Assembly (NCBI GenBank): GCA_965649825.1
Contig: OZ287708.1
Location: 13,001 to 77,000, forward strand
Reading direction: 5' to 3'
Length of the DNA: 64,000 bases
Source: Penicillus capitatus
Lineage: Eukaryota; Plantae; Chlorophyta
Notes under the pieces: model-generated
What the model was told of the DNA's origin: nothing
What the model saw: only the letters and a program-made list of their open reading frames with translations
Databases searched by the model: none
Position numbers and translations under genes: made by a program
Part shown: piece by piece, positions 43,080 to 56,919 of the stretch
How the letters are laid out: every line of letters begins with the position of its first letter
How positions within the stretch are numbered: the first letter of the stretch is position 1

Positions 43080-45700
43080 AAGAGAAGAAAGAGGTGTGTA
43101 GGTAGTCTTACTCTTGATTGTTGGTGTCAGTGAGAGGTCCCTTCGCTGAGACGAAGACAGAGGCGGGAACTGAGACCAGGTTGACTAACCAATTCTCGAT
43201 GACACCACCAGAAGGCTGCTGCTGACAATGCCTTCTGTCCACTGATCAACTTGGGCAGGCTTCTAATCCAGATGTCTCTGCAATCCATGGTGGCACTGGA
43301 TTTGATGCTTCTAATCCCATCCAGAGAAGAATGCTTGAATCGGTGGATGACTGAAGTCCGCATAGCAGGCTCCTCCTCCAGCCATGTCTGCTTTGACGCT
43401 TCTCTTGAGCACAGAATGATGATTCTGTCTCCTCTCTGTGTACCTGCGGCCTCGCTAAGAGAGGAGAGAGTGTTAAGAATGCTAACCTGTCGATTGCGTT
43501 CTTCGTGTGTGGACTGTTGATCTCTGTCAGGAGCGGAGTTGAATGTGACTGTTTGCATCAGCTTCAGTCGAGACTTCTTCCTTCCATTGACAGCTCGCTC
43601 AGTGGACTGTCATGCCTCTCCAGTGGTATTAGCAGTCGATGACAGAGGTCCCGTCCGCTGAAGACTGTGATCGAGCGAACAACACATCGATGCCCGGTTG
43701 AGAAGACCCGATCCGGCTTGGGACACACACATCACTTCTTTCCAGCTGAATGTGATGTGCTGCTCATCGACAGACATCCTTCCACTACCTGACATAACAT
43801 GATCAAACGCACTCTAAGACTTCAAGGATGACCTTAATATGTGTGTCTTCCAGTGGGATGTCGAGCATGGGCAGATGGGTGCTGTAGATTCTGTCGATAG
43901 TTGTTCGTGGTTGTATTCATACAAAACTCCAGAAGCCATCCATGGAGGTACCAGAGTGTCACGTGCCCAGTCACTCGATGATTGACGGACACATTTTCTT
44001 GTCTTGGCAGAGATCAAGCCATTTCCTCGATAACACCCCTATTTCAAATGGGCCTAGAGAAAAACATCTAAGCATGGTAGTCGTTTCGATGACCTCACCT
44101 ATTGGGTAATGGATTGTAGCTAGTCATTCTATCAGACTTCTTGAACCATGCTTTCTGTTGCACTGGAAAAGTTCTTTATGACACCAGTCATCACACATTG
44201 GATTTTGAACAAGCTCGGCGTCTCCAGACTGGCGAAATGTATCTCTTGTAGTGATCGCTTCACGAGTTCCAATCCTCTGTTAGATGCCGAATGCCTGCGA
44301 TGCGGAAAACCCGACTTGCTTCCCTTGGATGGATGCTTCCTTGCAGCAGCTGGATTCTTCAGACTCCGTGGAAACCAATCGGTCCATCTTGGCATCTTCG
44401 ACAGAAAGGTTGTCTCTGTGAACCTTCTTCTGAGGGATTGAGAGTGGTTGAGACCAGAATTCTCCGGACGTGCTTGTCGGAGTCTTTCGTTGAGAGGTTT
44501 CATGGAAATCACACGACGGATTCTTCAGACCAACAGGCGGCATGTCTGTTCTTGCGAAGATAACTTGCTCCAAAGGCAAACAGATTCTGTGTGTGCTGAA
44601 TGCCTTTTGGGTTGATGAGACTGTTCTCAGTGTCCTTAGGTGGATGTCTCCACACTGTATATTAGATTCTGGAGCTCCAGCGAGACCGAATGATTCATCT
44701 GGACTCTTCTTGAGCAGCTGGTTTTCGTTCGCTGTGTTCCAGGAGACAAAGGATGATCGATCCATGTAGACTTCGGTGCTTTCCAGGATCTCTTGTTGTA
44801 CTTCAGCACGATTCAGCGCGACAGATTCCTCACAGACTACCAGCTTCAGACTGACACGAGGCTTCCTCTTCCAGGTGGCTCCATTGCCTCTGTCATCGTC
44901 CCAATCTCTCCGAGCAATGCTGCACCTCCACGCGGCCGAAGATGCGGCAGTTGTTCATAGACGAACGTCTTCATGCACAGGGTGGATTCCAAAACGCATC
45001 AACGAAATCTGCTTCAGTCTCGTGCAGGGAAGAAAGATTCCGCTTCTCCGGAAGATCACTCGTTAGGATCGGGTATCCAGTTGTCTTGAGCGGATATGCG
45101 ATCGGAGACTTGGTCGACTGGATCCTCTTGCACGACGAAGCTCTGCATCTCTTGAAAACACGCTGAGCGGATCCTACCCTGAAACAATCCCTGTTCTGGC
45201 CAGATCACAATGCGTCTGAAAAAAAACCTGACAGGTCTTACAGTGGAGGATTGGATGAATGGTTGTCCATACAGGCACTCTGGCAGCAAACAGTGCGTTC
45301 CAGAACTGAGGGTATGCACTCGAAAGACCATCTCTCCATTGCCATTGAGGCACGAGCATCTTCAGTCTTTGTCGTCGTCACGTAGACCATGCATTCCCTG
45401 GGCACACTCAATGCTCCAGACCATAATGACTTCGCCACAGCACATTCCCCGATGACACAGAACGAGGCCAGACTCTGACAAAACAACGAAGGTTGGTGCG
45501 TGGCTTCAAAAGGAACTGAGTTGATGCAACCTGGTTGCCTCTAGCAACCCTTCTAGAACCACAGAGGAGTAAGATCTGAAAAGTGAACTAAGAGTGACTC
45601 ACTCTTCTCGTATCATTGATCGATCCAAATAACTTTTCCTGGATGCAACTCTCATGATGTCACCAAATGGGCCTTGTCTGAAACAGGTGACACAATCGGG
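43080..45700 (-). mobile_element. Decayed RTE-like LINE ORF2, copy 3
   Basis: Collinear with 1730-4330; QVGFS remnant; many stops. Confidence 0.55.
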
Positions 45701-46571
45701 ACGAAACACTAAGCAAAAAAGGAATGTTATGCAGCAGCACGTGTAAACTGAACACAGCATCTCCAGGCGACAAATCCTCAGATCGGACATGACGGCCTCC
45801 AGACAGAAAAACGGCAGGTAGAACACGGCAGCTCAGGGCAGCAAAACAGCGAGTAGAACTCGACAGTCTACATCCAGAATAAGGAAACAACTATGACATG
45901 CAAGCCTCTCCACGCAGCAAAACACCAAAAGGACGCAGCAGAACTCCATGCAGCTAGATAGCAAGTACGAACAAGACAGCTTAGTGGAGTAAAACAGAAA
46001 ACAAAATGACCACAGCTTTCAGGCAACAAAAGAGCAAATGAGGAATGAGATCATCATAGCAGTTTAGCAGCTGATATGACATGGCATCATCTGGGCAGCA
46101 AAACAGCAACTAGGACATGCCAGCCTCCGTACAGCAGATCAGAAATCAAGACGACGCCAGCCTCCAGGCAGAAAACAGCAGGTAAGACAACGCCAGCCTC
46201 CGTGCAACAGCTCAGAAATCAGAACGATGCTAGCCTCCAGGCAGCAGATCAGAAATCAAGACAACGCCAGCCTCCCTCCAGGCAGAAAGATTGCAGATCG
46301 GACCAAGATACTTCAACAGAAAAAAACAGATAAGATACGACAGCTTTCATGCACCAAAACAGCTAAAACAAGGCCAGCCACAACAAAGCGAGGGTTGCCG
46401 GCCAGAAAACAGCACACAATGAAAAACAGCCCCCTTGGATCTTTTTGTTTTTTTTTTTTTTAAAAATTTTTATGTCACACTTTTAAGTGTGACTCTATTT
46501 GTTTTTTTTATTTTTTCTAACCCACACAAAAAACAGCATCTGTATAGGAGGAGAACAGGCCCTTAGGCAGA

Positions 46572-47898
46572 TCAATCATGTATCAAAACCTACAGCAAAA
46601 GCACACTAGGAGAGAGAAGGAAAATGGAGTGACTTACGCATTGGCCCGATAGAAAGAATAATCGCTCCGGAATGGCAGTACCCACAGGCACACATTCGCC
46701 GGAGAGGAAATAGGGCCGAGGAGGGATGCCAAGTGGGCCAACAGAGAAGATAAACGGGCGTGGGGGAAAGGGGGGTGGATGGGCGCGGAGGGAAAAGCGG
46801 GAGGTACGTGCAGGGAAAGGAGGGGGACAGGCGGGGACTGAAAACATTAGTGGACGGGACGGAATGATTGGTGGTTGGGATGCCGGGATGCAAAAAACTC
46901 CCGGACGAGAAGGAAAGAGAGGATGCTGGCTATTCTGCACGGAAGGAGGAGACATTGTCACGGTCGGTGGCAGAGAACACTCGGACCACTCCATGATGGA
47001 AGGAGGACACTGGGTCTGTGAGGCCAGAGATGACTGAGGCGGGCCCTGTGGAATCGGAGGAGGACTCGGCGTCTGTGCCGGCTGAGTACACGGCATCTGC
47101 GCTGCCGGATGTGGGCACGGCGTCGTCTGCGCTGCCTGCGACGGCTGGGTACATGGAGGCGGGCACGGCGTCTGCGCCTGTGGAGACGATTGCTGCCGAG
47201 CCTGGGACGGCTGAGGACACGGAGGAGGATTGCACGGAACGTGCTGTTCGTGTGCCTGTAAACAAACCTGTCATGTGATCCTGAGTGAGGAGATCTTACC
47301 TCTCCGCCTCCGATGTCCATCTCAGACTGGCCCTGAGCCAGGCGTTCCCTTCTCTGGTCCGAGGTGAGAACCCTGGCTCGCCGTCCCCTGCGAGGCTGTT
47401 CGGCCTGGGCCCGCGGAGGCCCAAACCGAACAGGAGGGGCCTGCTGCCTCTGCAGCTCGACGCCCCTCCGAGCGGTTGTCTGGGCCTTCATGTCCCAGTA
47501 CAACCGCTCGCGCTCGCTCGGCTCCAGATCGCGGAAGGCCCTGGGCGGTCCGCTACCCTTGACCTCCCGGAGCGTCACCTGCGCGAATCTGAAAAACACA
47601 GAAGGTAAGCATAGCTAGCAACATGGCCGATCGAGGCCAGGGAAGACAGTGGTGGCCGCTGGAAAACAGAACAGAGAAACGTCGATGTGTCGCCGAGAAC
47701 AGGACGGAGGATACGTCGTCGCGAGCAGGGAAGCGCGAACGAACAGGTCGGATTCGGACGCATCCATTTGCATGGAGAGCGTCCGCGGGGCAGGCGGGAG
47801 CTAAAAAGCGCGCGCGAAGCGTCGAAATGTGAACGCAGGACTTACGGCTTTCCGGGGTATCCGTAGTCCTCCTCGGTCATCATTCTCGCGTCAGTCAT
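46572..47898 (-). CDS. Gene Y3, 325 aa (exons 47898-47846, 47588-47300, 47255-46638, 46589-46572)
   Basis: Same phases, open frame, ends VLIHD-TGA. Confidence 0.75.
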
Positions 47899-50800
47899 CG
47901 TCGTCGAAGTAGTCGCAGCAAACAAACGGCAGGAACCGGAAACTCGAGTGCGGAGCGGTCAGCGACAGGACCTTTATAGGCCGCCTCGGTTGCTGCTCGC
48001 CGGCGGCCCGCGGAGGATGGGAACTGCGGCCGTTTGGCGGCGCATGCATGCGCCGCCGGGCAAAGATATGGCCGCCAGCGAGCCAGATTCGCAGGATTCT
48101 GTCGTCGGGACGCGCGACGCGGACGGTAGAGCGCTTTTGGATTCTGTAAATTGCGTTTTACAGGCAAGGCTGTCTGCAGTTTGTCGCTGTGCTCTCTCGT
48201 CTGAGTGTAACGCGAGACGCATCTCATGCGGCTGTTCGACGCAAATCTCCGAACGGCGAACCGTTCGCAGTCAGCCCGGCGTTGCCTGGGCACAGCGGAG
48301 AGGAAGGCGTTCTGTTTTGCACAGGCAGCAAGGACTCGTCGTCGCGGCGGCCGTCTGTTTCTTACGTTTCCGCTGCAGACGCCGTCGGGAGAGCGTTTTG
48401 CGAGGTGTAACCCGAGTCGGTTTGAGGAGTTGCCGGTGCCACTAACTCCCTCGAACATGGAAGGCGCAACAGAACGGCCGGCCTTCTGCGACGAGCAGAC
48501 GGCCACGGAGCCATTGTTCGAGTTCGTGTTCGCTCGCGGCGTCGCGTGTTTCGGAAGTCGCCGCTCGCACAGGCAAATGAACTTCTATCGCGTATTAAAC
48601 CAGCCGCGCAGAATCGTCTGTCTGTGAAGCAGTTGACGACTTCTTTGAACAAACCGGTAGGAGAGAGCTCCGGAGTTCTGAAAACAGTACTTCTAGGGAT
48701 CTGTATCTCGCTGTGGTGCTGCAGCAAGCGAATTGCATTGAATGCAAGCCGGATGACGGAGAGGGTGGACGATTACGATCGTCTGACGACTGCGTGCAGG
48801 TAGATCGGTCAGGTGTCTTTCTCTGGCCGAAAGGACGTGTTCGACGTTGTCATGATAGGCCAGATGGAGTCTGTTCTCGACTGCAGTCGATGTTGCGTTG
48901 CTCGGATCGGCAGCCGCGTTTGCAGGAAGATTCTCTGGCATCTTGCATGCGCTGTTCTCTGCCGGACGCGATCGCCTCAACCAAGGATGCACTGTCACGT
49001 GACGAAAGCTACTGTCATCGGAGTTGTGTTTCTCATGGAGCTCTACGACTGTATACTGGATTCGACGCTGTTGGCAGAAGAGGGTTATTGGCTCGTCGCT
49101 TTTCTGCTAAGATAAGAGAGCCATGTAATGGTGTGTTTACACGGAACGACGACTCTTGTCAGAAGGCACATCCATTCGCGGTCGCGATCGCACAGCGCTG
49201 TAGGAAGATTCTCCGACTATTAATCCTGGCTCCGGTATCGTTCGAGAAGCTGTTTTAGAATAGAAAACGACGACGGTGCCGGATGATGATTCAGTGCCTG
49301 AATTCGCAAAGGCAGCTAACTTGATTGCGGAGACCGAAGACGCGATACATCGAGATGCGGCGGCGGAGGACAGAGCCACAGAACGTCCAGCTAGAAACGC
49401 TGACGACGGTGAAGCATCAGAAGATTCGGTCTCCGATAGTGAGGAAGACATCTCGGTCCAGCGGGTTTCCTCAGATTGCCTTGGAAACAAAAGCAGCAAA
49501 GAAAAGTGCCGTTTCATGACGGCTCTGCTCACCAGTCAAAGTCTTTACGCAGTGCTCTAGTCTGACGTCCCTGCCGGCGACTCGACTCACCTGAAGGACG
49601 CACACGATCCTTATCGTCCTTCGCCTAAAGCGCGTTCTTTCGAGGACATTGTGCACGGTTCGTCGGAGACAGCAAGGGACAACGACGCAGCCGTAAGCGA
49701 TAGGACTGAGTCGAAAGGACTCAGTAGACATCGGTGGTCTGTTGAAGAAGTGGAACGTCGAGCGGCCTTGTAGATGGTGGAGATCTCTGACGCCAGGGAC
49801 CCCGTCAACAGAGAAGGCCAAATGAGAGTCGAACAAAGGCGTTGTCTGCTGTCAGACACTACTTCCTTGTATAACACTTGTCGCAAGACGACGTTTCGTT
49901 CTTGTCTCGGTACAGCAGTATCTCTGACGCGCAGACTTCGCGAGCACGTCTTCAACGAGTTCTAGCAGGTCGTCGCTCTCGTCGTCGCTTTTCGAGCCTT
50001 TGAGGCGTCCTCGAGTCGCAGAAGTCGCGCGGGATTCGCACGTCTCTCGATCCGCAGGTGGTCGAAGACCCGTTATAGCTGAATTCTCTCTTTCTGATCG
50101 ATGCACGGAAGCTGAACACGCATGGATAGATATCCGTATGTCTCGCGGATGGAACGCGCCTTGAGATCAGACCTTTACCGTCCGCAATGACTTGGGGTTC
50201 CTGCGGAGAGCGAGTGTCGATTTTGCGAATTCTGCGGTGTGCCTACTGGGGAGTGTGATCTGCATGTAGAGTCGGATGACAAACGAGGCTGCATTCAACC
50301 TTGACTGGATCTCCATCTCACCTTGCACTTAGCTGACACTCGACCCTGTGTGTTGCCACCGCCACGTGCTGCTTGCTTGTAAACTGAAAGCGGCACAGAC
50401 TTATTAAGAAGACGACCTCTCTTCTACGGACCATCTCTAGGATAGGATGAACTTGGGTTTGTGTTTCTGAGCGATTCAGATATGGCCGAACTTGTCTTCG
50501 GCCAGCGGTGTTATCACTACTGTCTCCTTGGGGGGCGGTAGTCCGTCCGAATCTCCCGCGTCGCGTCGAGACGCTTTCTGCAGCGCCACAGACGACTCTG
50601 GAGGCGTTCGGGACGCAGAGCGGATCCGAATGGCAGTTGCCGAAAAACGGATTGTTCTGTGGCGGCGTGGCGCTCGTCGCCTTCTAGGATCGCTGCGCAG
50701 CGCCCTCGTTTTCTGTTTCGGTCGCCTCGTCGCATGAGATGGAGACGATGACTTCCAAGCTACCAACCAAACGACAGAGGAAGAACGGGCAGATATCCCG

Positions 50801-52249
50801 AGCGTCTGGAATTCGGCCTGCGGCGAAGGCGACAAGATAGAACGCAGCGAAATAGATCGAAGCAGTGAACACAAAGTAACCATATCCTAGTCCATATTAC
50901 CGCATCGCCTCGTCGACCTCGCGCCCTTCGAGCTTCGGTGACGAATGAAGACGCGGGGAAGTAAAAAGTGCCGCTAAACTGGATCGATCTGCCAGAGACT
51001 CAAGGCGGCATCGATGGAGTCGTCCACCATGCGAATGCCCTGGTGGTCCCGAGGTTCTGGTTGGCGCGCTCTCGGGAGCGGAGCGGATCACACGACTGGC
51101 AGCAGGATTTCATCAAACAATGTGTTACAAGTCAAGATTTGTTAGACACTCGGGTGTGTGTATAGAAAGAGTGCGAAGCGTCGTGCAACATCGCATTCGA
51201 CCTCAAGATCGACCTTTCTTCAAGTGCTTGTCTGTCTGTCTCGCCGTGTTTCTCTTTTCTCTTTGCCATAGTGATACAGATTCGGATTTGTTCGATGCGA
51301 AGCTAGTACGCGAATTGCCCCCTACTCCAGTGGAAACGCCTGCTTCAGTCTCGAACACATTTGTGGTCGATCGCAGAGAGCATTTGCTGCCTCTAAAGCT
51401 GCGCATCTCGGTAGAAAACCATCTATGTAACGTCGAGACGAAAAAATGGACGAAAAGGAACTGTCGGCGTAATGCTTGCCCAGCGACGTTTTCATTCTCG
51501 CATTCGTGAACAGAGATCGCGTGAGGATTGTGAGAGTATCAGTACGTGTAGGTAAACTCTCTCAGTGACGATTCTCGCCCAACGCCAGCAAGCACCACAT
51601 AGGGACACGTAAACAAAAGTCATGCATTCTTTGGCACGTGGACGCCGGATGAAGACTGCCTTCGTTTAATGGCGCATGTCACACGATGCCGTAACCAGAC
51701 CGTCAAAGTTGTCGCCCGGAAAGAGTGTCAACACACATGGAGCTTTTCATCAGTGGACGTCGATCTGCTGGAAGATTTGCACCGAGAAGCGTGTTAGAGA
51801 CGTCTCGGATTGATCTCTTGGGCAGAAACAGACCGTACAATTTGCAGAGCTCCCTTCGAGGAGCCATTGCGGCACTGCCATCGGACGCCCTGAACGCTCG
51901 CGCTTCCGTCGCGCGATGTGGTGCAGAAGCTCGCGCGCCGTCTTGACTCTCTTTCCTTTCATCCACCTCTCTCGCCGCATTCATTTCGCTATACTGAGCT
52001 GAGGTGGCCAGCATTCTTGTCGCGCACGACGAGGCTGATACGGAACTCCGCCGTTTTCCAGAAGGACTTTGGCAGTTCCCTGAGGAGAAAGATGCAAACA
52101 TATTCAGCTCAAGAGGAGAGATTTTCAGGCTTACGCGGAAGATCCACTCTGCATCGTCTTCGGGGATGTTCTTTGATTCTTATGTCTGTTATCTGACTTG
52201 CCGACAAAGAGCAGAATTGCATTGTGGAGGCGCTCTCTGTCGAGATCAT

Positions 52250-54230
52250 TTTCCCATGTCGGCACTCTGGCAGCAAACGGTATCTTTCAGAACAGAGAGT
52301 CTGCAATCGAACAACCATCTCTTCATCGCCACTGTAGCATGAGCCTCTTCAGTCTTCTTCGTCGTCGTGCTTACATCATGCATTCCCTCAGCCATACTCA
52401 ATGCTCTCGGCCAGGGTTACTTCGCCGCAGCCGATTCTCTGACAACACAGAACTAGGTTCAGAATCGCGCGAAATAACGATGGATGCTTTACTGCCTCCA
52501 AATGAACTGAGTCCATGCAATATGGTTCGCTGCTGATGACCATTCTAGAACCACAGAGGAGTTAGAGATCCGAACAAAGAGCAAAGAGCGACTCACTCTC
52601 CTCATGTCACTGAACACAATCCATATAGCACTTTCTTGGTGCAGCATTCAAGATGACATTCCATTTGTCTTGTCTTAGGGCATGTAATGATGGAGCCTAA
52701 AATCCAGAGGAGAGAGAAATTTCTAGCCAGCAGCAGCAAATGCAAGTAGGACACGTTAGCAGCCATCCACGGGAAAACAGAGAGTAGAACACTCCAGTCT
52801 CCGGGTAAGCAAAACAGCAGATTAGGAAGTGGCAGCCTCCAGATAGCAAATGCCAGTAAGTCGGACATGGCAGCCTCCATTTACGGCAAGACAGCTGATA
52901 GTATACGGCAGCCTCCAGGGAGAAGGACGACAGATTGAACGCAGGGAGCCTCCATTCACGGACAGACAGTAAGTGGGACATAACATCTTCCAGACAGCAA
53001 AACGGCAAATCGAACAAGGAAGCACCAGCAGCCAGACAGTAGGTAGGCCTACCACAGCCTCCAGGCAGCCAAAAGGCAGATCGGACACCGCAGCTCCAGG
53101 AATAAAAGGTAAGTAGGATTTGGTAGCCTCCAGACAGTAAGAAAACAGGTAGGATAGCGACAGCCTTCCAACAACAAATAGCAGCAAGAATGACTATGAC
53201 AACATCGGGCAGCAAGACAGCAACTTGGACACGGCAGTCTCCTGGCAGCAGGCCAGCGAGTTAGAGATGCCAGCCTCCGGGCAGAAAAACGGTAAGTAGA
53301 ATGACGCCAGCTTCCATCCATGACAAAAGAGTACGACACGGTAGGTTTGGGCAGCAAGGCAGCAGGTGGGATCAAGACAGCTTAGTCGAGCAAAAACATA
53401 AAATACAACGACGACAGCTTCCAGACAATAAAACAGCAGATTTGACAAGATATCATCCAAGCAACTTAGCAGCTTTAAGGACATGCCAGCCTCCGGGCAG
53501 CAGATCAGAAATCACGACAAGGCCAACCTCAGGGTACAGATCAGAACAGCAAGGTGAGTAAGACAGCCTTCCGGCAGCATATAACACCGAGTATGACCAT
53601 GACAGCATCATGGCAGCCTCCAGGCAGCAAGTAGGATCATGGCAGCAGATAACTAAACGACAGCCTCCAGGCAGCAAATGACAGTAAGTCGGACCACGCC
53701 AGCGTCCGGGCAGAAAAACAGCAAATAGGTCAACCAAGGCCCCTAGGCAGCAAGACAATCGAAAACATGCCCAATCACAACAAAGAGAATGTCTACAGCC
53801 GAAAAATAGCACAGAAAGAAAACAGCCTCCACAGTCTTTTTGTTCCTTTTTCTGGTTTAAAATCACACTGAAAAAATGTGTGACGCTATTGAGTATGAAC
53901 ACAGCCAACCACTACAGAGCGAAGGTGGAATGGCAAAACAGCAAAAAAGAAAACAGCCAATCGGATATTTGTTTTTTTATGTCACACTTTTTGAAGTGTG
54001 ACTTTTTTGACTCTTTTGTTTTTTTTTTCCAAATTTTTGAAATTTTTAATTTTATTCAAACATCTCACACAACAAAAGTGTGAGATGTACAAAAAAGTTT
54101 CTGCTTCTAATTATACTTCCAAAAAACAGCTTCCGACAGGGTAAGAATGGGGGCCTTGGGACGGATCAATGTTGGATATGGACCTAGAAAAGAAACAAAA
54201 CATAGAAAAGATTAGGGAAGAGTGGTCAAG
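52250..54230 (-). repeat. Truncated unit Y, copy 4 (last exon of gene Y at 54183-54166, palindromes, minisatellite, APE part of the LINE)
   Basis: TTCTAG|GTC CAT ATC CAA CAT TGA; TCACAC/GTGTGA palindromes; 52250-52690 matches ~3890-4330. Confidence 0.75.
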
Positions 54231-54347
54231 AATGGTGTTTGAGTCTCAAGAGCGCGCGCATAAATGCCGAATTCGGAAATTGCGTCGGGAGCAATGTACA
54301 AACCGACACGTCTCTTCGCAGATGGAGTGGAGCCATGTGAAACCACA

Positions 54348-56360
54348 TTAAGTCTTGGACGACGATACAAGGTGTCCCTTTTCTCGAGCTGTTCGATAGT
54401 CATTGAGTCCCTTGCATCCCACCAGGCGCACAGCCAAGGTGATGTTATGGAGGACAGGCATGTCGATAGAGACTGTTCCTTGGCGCGATGAGAATTCTGC
54501 CAGGACACGATCCCATAACAGAAAATCATGCATGGCGCTCTTGGACCAGCCGAGCAATAGGATGGACATCTGTAATGGCGTTAATGATTTCAGCGTCTCT
54601 CGCCGTACAGCTTCGAGGGCAATGCGCTTCACAATGTCGCTGGATTGGTATCCCAATTTTCCCAAGGCCCAAGAAGTGGCGGCGATTTCTTGTGGCTTCA
54701 GCTCCGTCAGCTTCTCTCCATGAAACTGTTGGGCGACAAGGTGCACAGCAGACAGGTCGCGGAATCGACCATGTGCCCATCCCACGAGAATATTGGCCAG
54801 TGCTTGTGGGGTAAAGGCTCCCAGGGTTTTCTCCTGTAGCATGTGGTTTGCCAAACGCCTATAGAGATTGGTAGAGTGGATTCCGAGTCTTCCAAAGCTC
54901 CAGCAGAGATTTGCCAGTTCTTGCGCGTTGTACTGCTTCAATCGATCTTCCTTCATAACTTCTCTCAGCACCACGTTGCCGTCCTCTTTTCTAGAGAATC
55001 TCCCATGTGCCCATCCAAGGACGACGCTCGCCAGTCCCTGAGCAGAAAACTGATCGAAGACATCTCGTCGTTTTACCAGTTCAGCAGCCAGACTCTTTTG
55101 GCACTCGACACTCTGCACGGACATTCTTCCTGATGCCCAGATGAGATTACAGAGTTCCTGTGGATTGTACTGACGGAGACGAAACGGCTTCATGATCTCT
55201 TTGTGCAGCTCCAGACAGAGATCGAGATCTCGGAAATCGATTCTCGCGATGCCCAGCGTCACAGAACAAAGCTCCTGCGATGTGTACTTTTCTAAGCGCG
55301 ATACCTTCAGGGATTCCACAATGCAGATCGTCACAGATGCATTATCATCGGATAGCTGAATTTTTCCGAGCGACCAGATGATGTTTGCCAGAATGGAATT
55401 GCTGAACAGTATGTGCTCTTTTGGCTCGACCACATGGCGAAGTATGACGCGACAGCTGTCATCGTTTTGGTGTTCAATTCGGGCACATGCGATAAAAAGG
55501 AGAGCGATGCCTTGGGGCATCAGCTCTCGACGTCGACGTTGAATTTCCTCCAACACGGGTGTCCAGTGTTCGGGAGATCGATGGCCCAGGGAGCTCCATG
55601 ACCACAATATGTTCGTGAGTTCTTGTGCATTTGCTTCCTGTCTCTGTTGAATCGCCATTTCTGAGAGTATCTCTAGGTGTGATGCATCCACGTAATCCAG
55701 TTTTGCCCATGACCACAATACATTAGCCAGACATTGTGTTGTAAACGTCTCTCTGCGATGTTCGCTGCAAATCTGGGCAGAGTAGGTAGAAACGAGGGGA
55801 TGACCTCGCAACTGTAGTACGGCAAAAGAGTAGAGACACTGTGACAAAGAAACAGTGCTGAAGCGATGAAGATCGTTCCGTTCGAGCGCTCGCCTTAGAA
55901 CGCTTTTCATGAATGGCTCCGAAAGAACCCTTCCCTTTCTCAGCTGTCGAGACTGGTTCAGCAGCGCGAGGGAGTGCAAAATAGAAGCGAGATCGGATCC
56001 CTTTGCCTCGGAGAGTGGACCAGTCCAGTGAACCGTCGTGAGGTTGTGCCATATATCCTGTGGCATGAGACCTCTTTTAGCACAGACATACAGCATTCCT
56101 CGAATCTGTTCGATCCTCAGTTTGTGAAACTGTTTCAGAAAAGATTTCCATTTGGAATACCAACCCTGATTCGCTTTGTAAGTGCCATCGAGAATTTGAT
56201 CGAGTCTCTGGAGAGGAAAGTAGAAACGCGTTTTGTGTTCCGGTGTCAAAGACAGGGACTGCCATCGCACACGGTACACTTGCGACCATACGACATGGCG
56301 AAACGAACGAAAGTCAGAGAACTGAAAAAATCGTCGCAGCATGATGCTGGTTGATGACAA
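54348..56360 (-). CDS. Octotricopeptide-repeat (OPR)/FASTK-like helical-repeat RNA-binding protein, probably organelle-targeted
   Basis: 670-aa ORF with ~38-aa repeats (FTTQCLANVLWSWAKL, NAQELTNILWSWSSLG, YNPQELCNLIWASGRM, FTPQALANILVGWAHG). R/F/S-rich N-terminus. Confidence 0.8.
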   Translation of the reverse strand: MSSTSIMLRRFFQFSDFRSFRHVVWSQVYRVRWQSLSLTPEHKTRFYFPLQRLDQILDGTYKANQGWYSKWKSFLKQFHKLRIEQIRGMLYVCAKRGLMPQDIWHNLTTVHWTGPLSEAKGSDLASILHSLALLNQSRQLRKGRVLSEPFMKSVLRRALERNDLHRFSTVSLSQCLYSFAVLQLRGHPLVSTYSAQICSEHRRETFTTQCLANVLWSWAKLDYVDASHLEILSEMAIQQRQEANAQELTNILWSWSSLGHRSPEHWTPVLEEIQRRRRELMPQGIALLFIACARIEHQNDDSCRVILRHVVEPKEHILFSNSILANIIWSLGKIQLSDDNASVTICIVESLKVSRLEKYTSQELCSVTLGIARIDFRDLDLCLELHKEIMKPFRLRQYNPQELCNLIWASGRMSVQSVECQKSLAAELVKRRDVFDQFSAQGLASVVLGWAHGRFSRKEDGNVVLREVMKEDRLKQYNAQELANLCWSFGRLGIHSTNLYRRLANHMLQEKTLGAFTPQALANILVGWAHGRFRDLSAVHLVAQQFHGEKLTELKPQEIAATSWALGKLGYQSSDIVKRIALEAVRRETLKSLTPLQMSILLLGWSKSAMHDFLLWDRVLAEFSSRQGTVSIDMPVLHNITLAVRLVGCKGLNDYRTAREKGHLVSSSKT

Positions 56361-56919
56361 AACACGATAAGACGTTCAGGAACTTCCGCTTTGGTGCTTG
56401 ACGATTGTCTGGGAAAGGGTTCTCATAAGAGACCCTTTCTTCAGAAATTCGCTGCGTTCCGAAGAACGTAGCGGGGCATTGGATATAGTTTTCAACCAGC
56501 AATAGTCGCACCTCAGCTTAGCCTCATTGGTTGCGACATTGCCCCAAGCGCAAGGATGACACAACACGAGCAGGCAGATTAGATAGTCTGACCCCCTAAC
56601 TTCCGCTTCTGTTATGCCAGATCTGTAAAGACGGCGCAAAGCGCCTTCAAAAATTGCGAATACGGCTTTGTTGGGGACGGAGCTCGGTATTCTTTAGTAA
56701 AAGGCGAAAGAATAGCACGCCACCAGACCCGACCCCGCCGCACAACACGCTCCGCAACGGAAGATTTATCGATACAAAACGAAATTCCGCTTAGTCTTTT
56801 CGTTCTCCGAGGCAGGATGACTCGACTGACGCGACTGAATCGATAACACTTATACTTAAAATAACAGCGATCCTGCGATGTCTGTGTGTCCTAGTCGCCC
56901 TTAAAATGCAAAAAAAACT

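Larger units (their letters stand above)
42085..48567 (-). repeat. Composite repeat unit Y, copy 3
   Basis: Same module order. Homology with copies 1 and 2 ends at GGAAGTCGCCGCTC (~48567). Confidence 0.85.

Noticed and set aside
48570-52240. Several 100-180-aa ORFs and possible pseudogene fragments
   Set aside because: No recognisable motifs or consistent splice chain; left unannotated.
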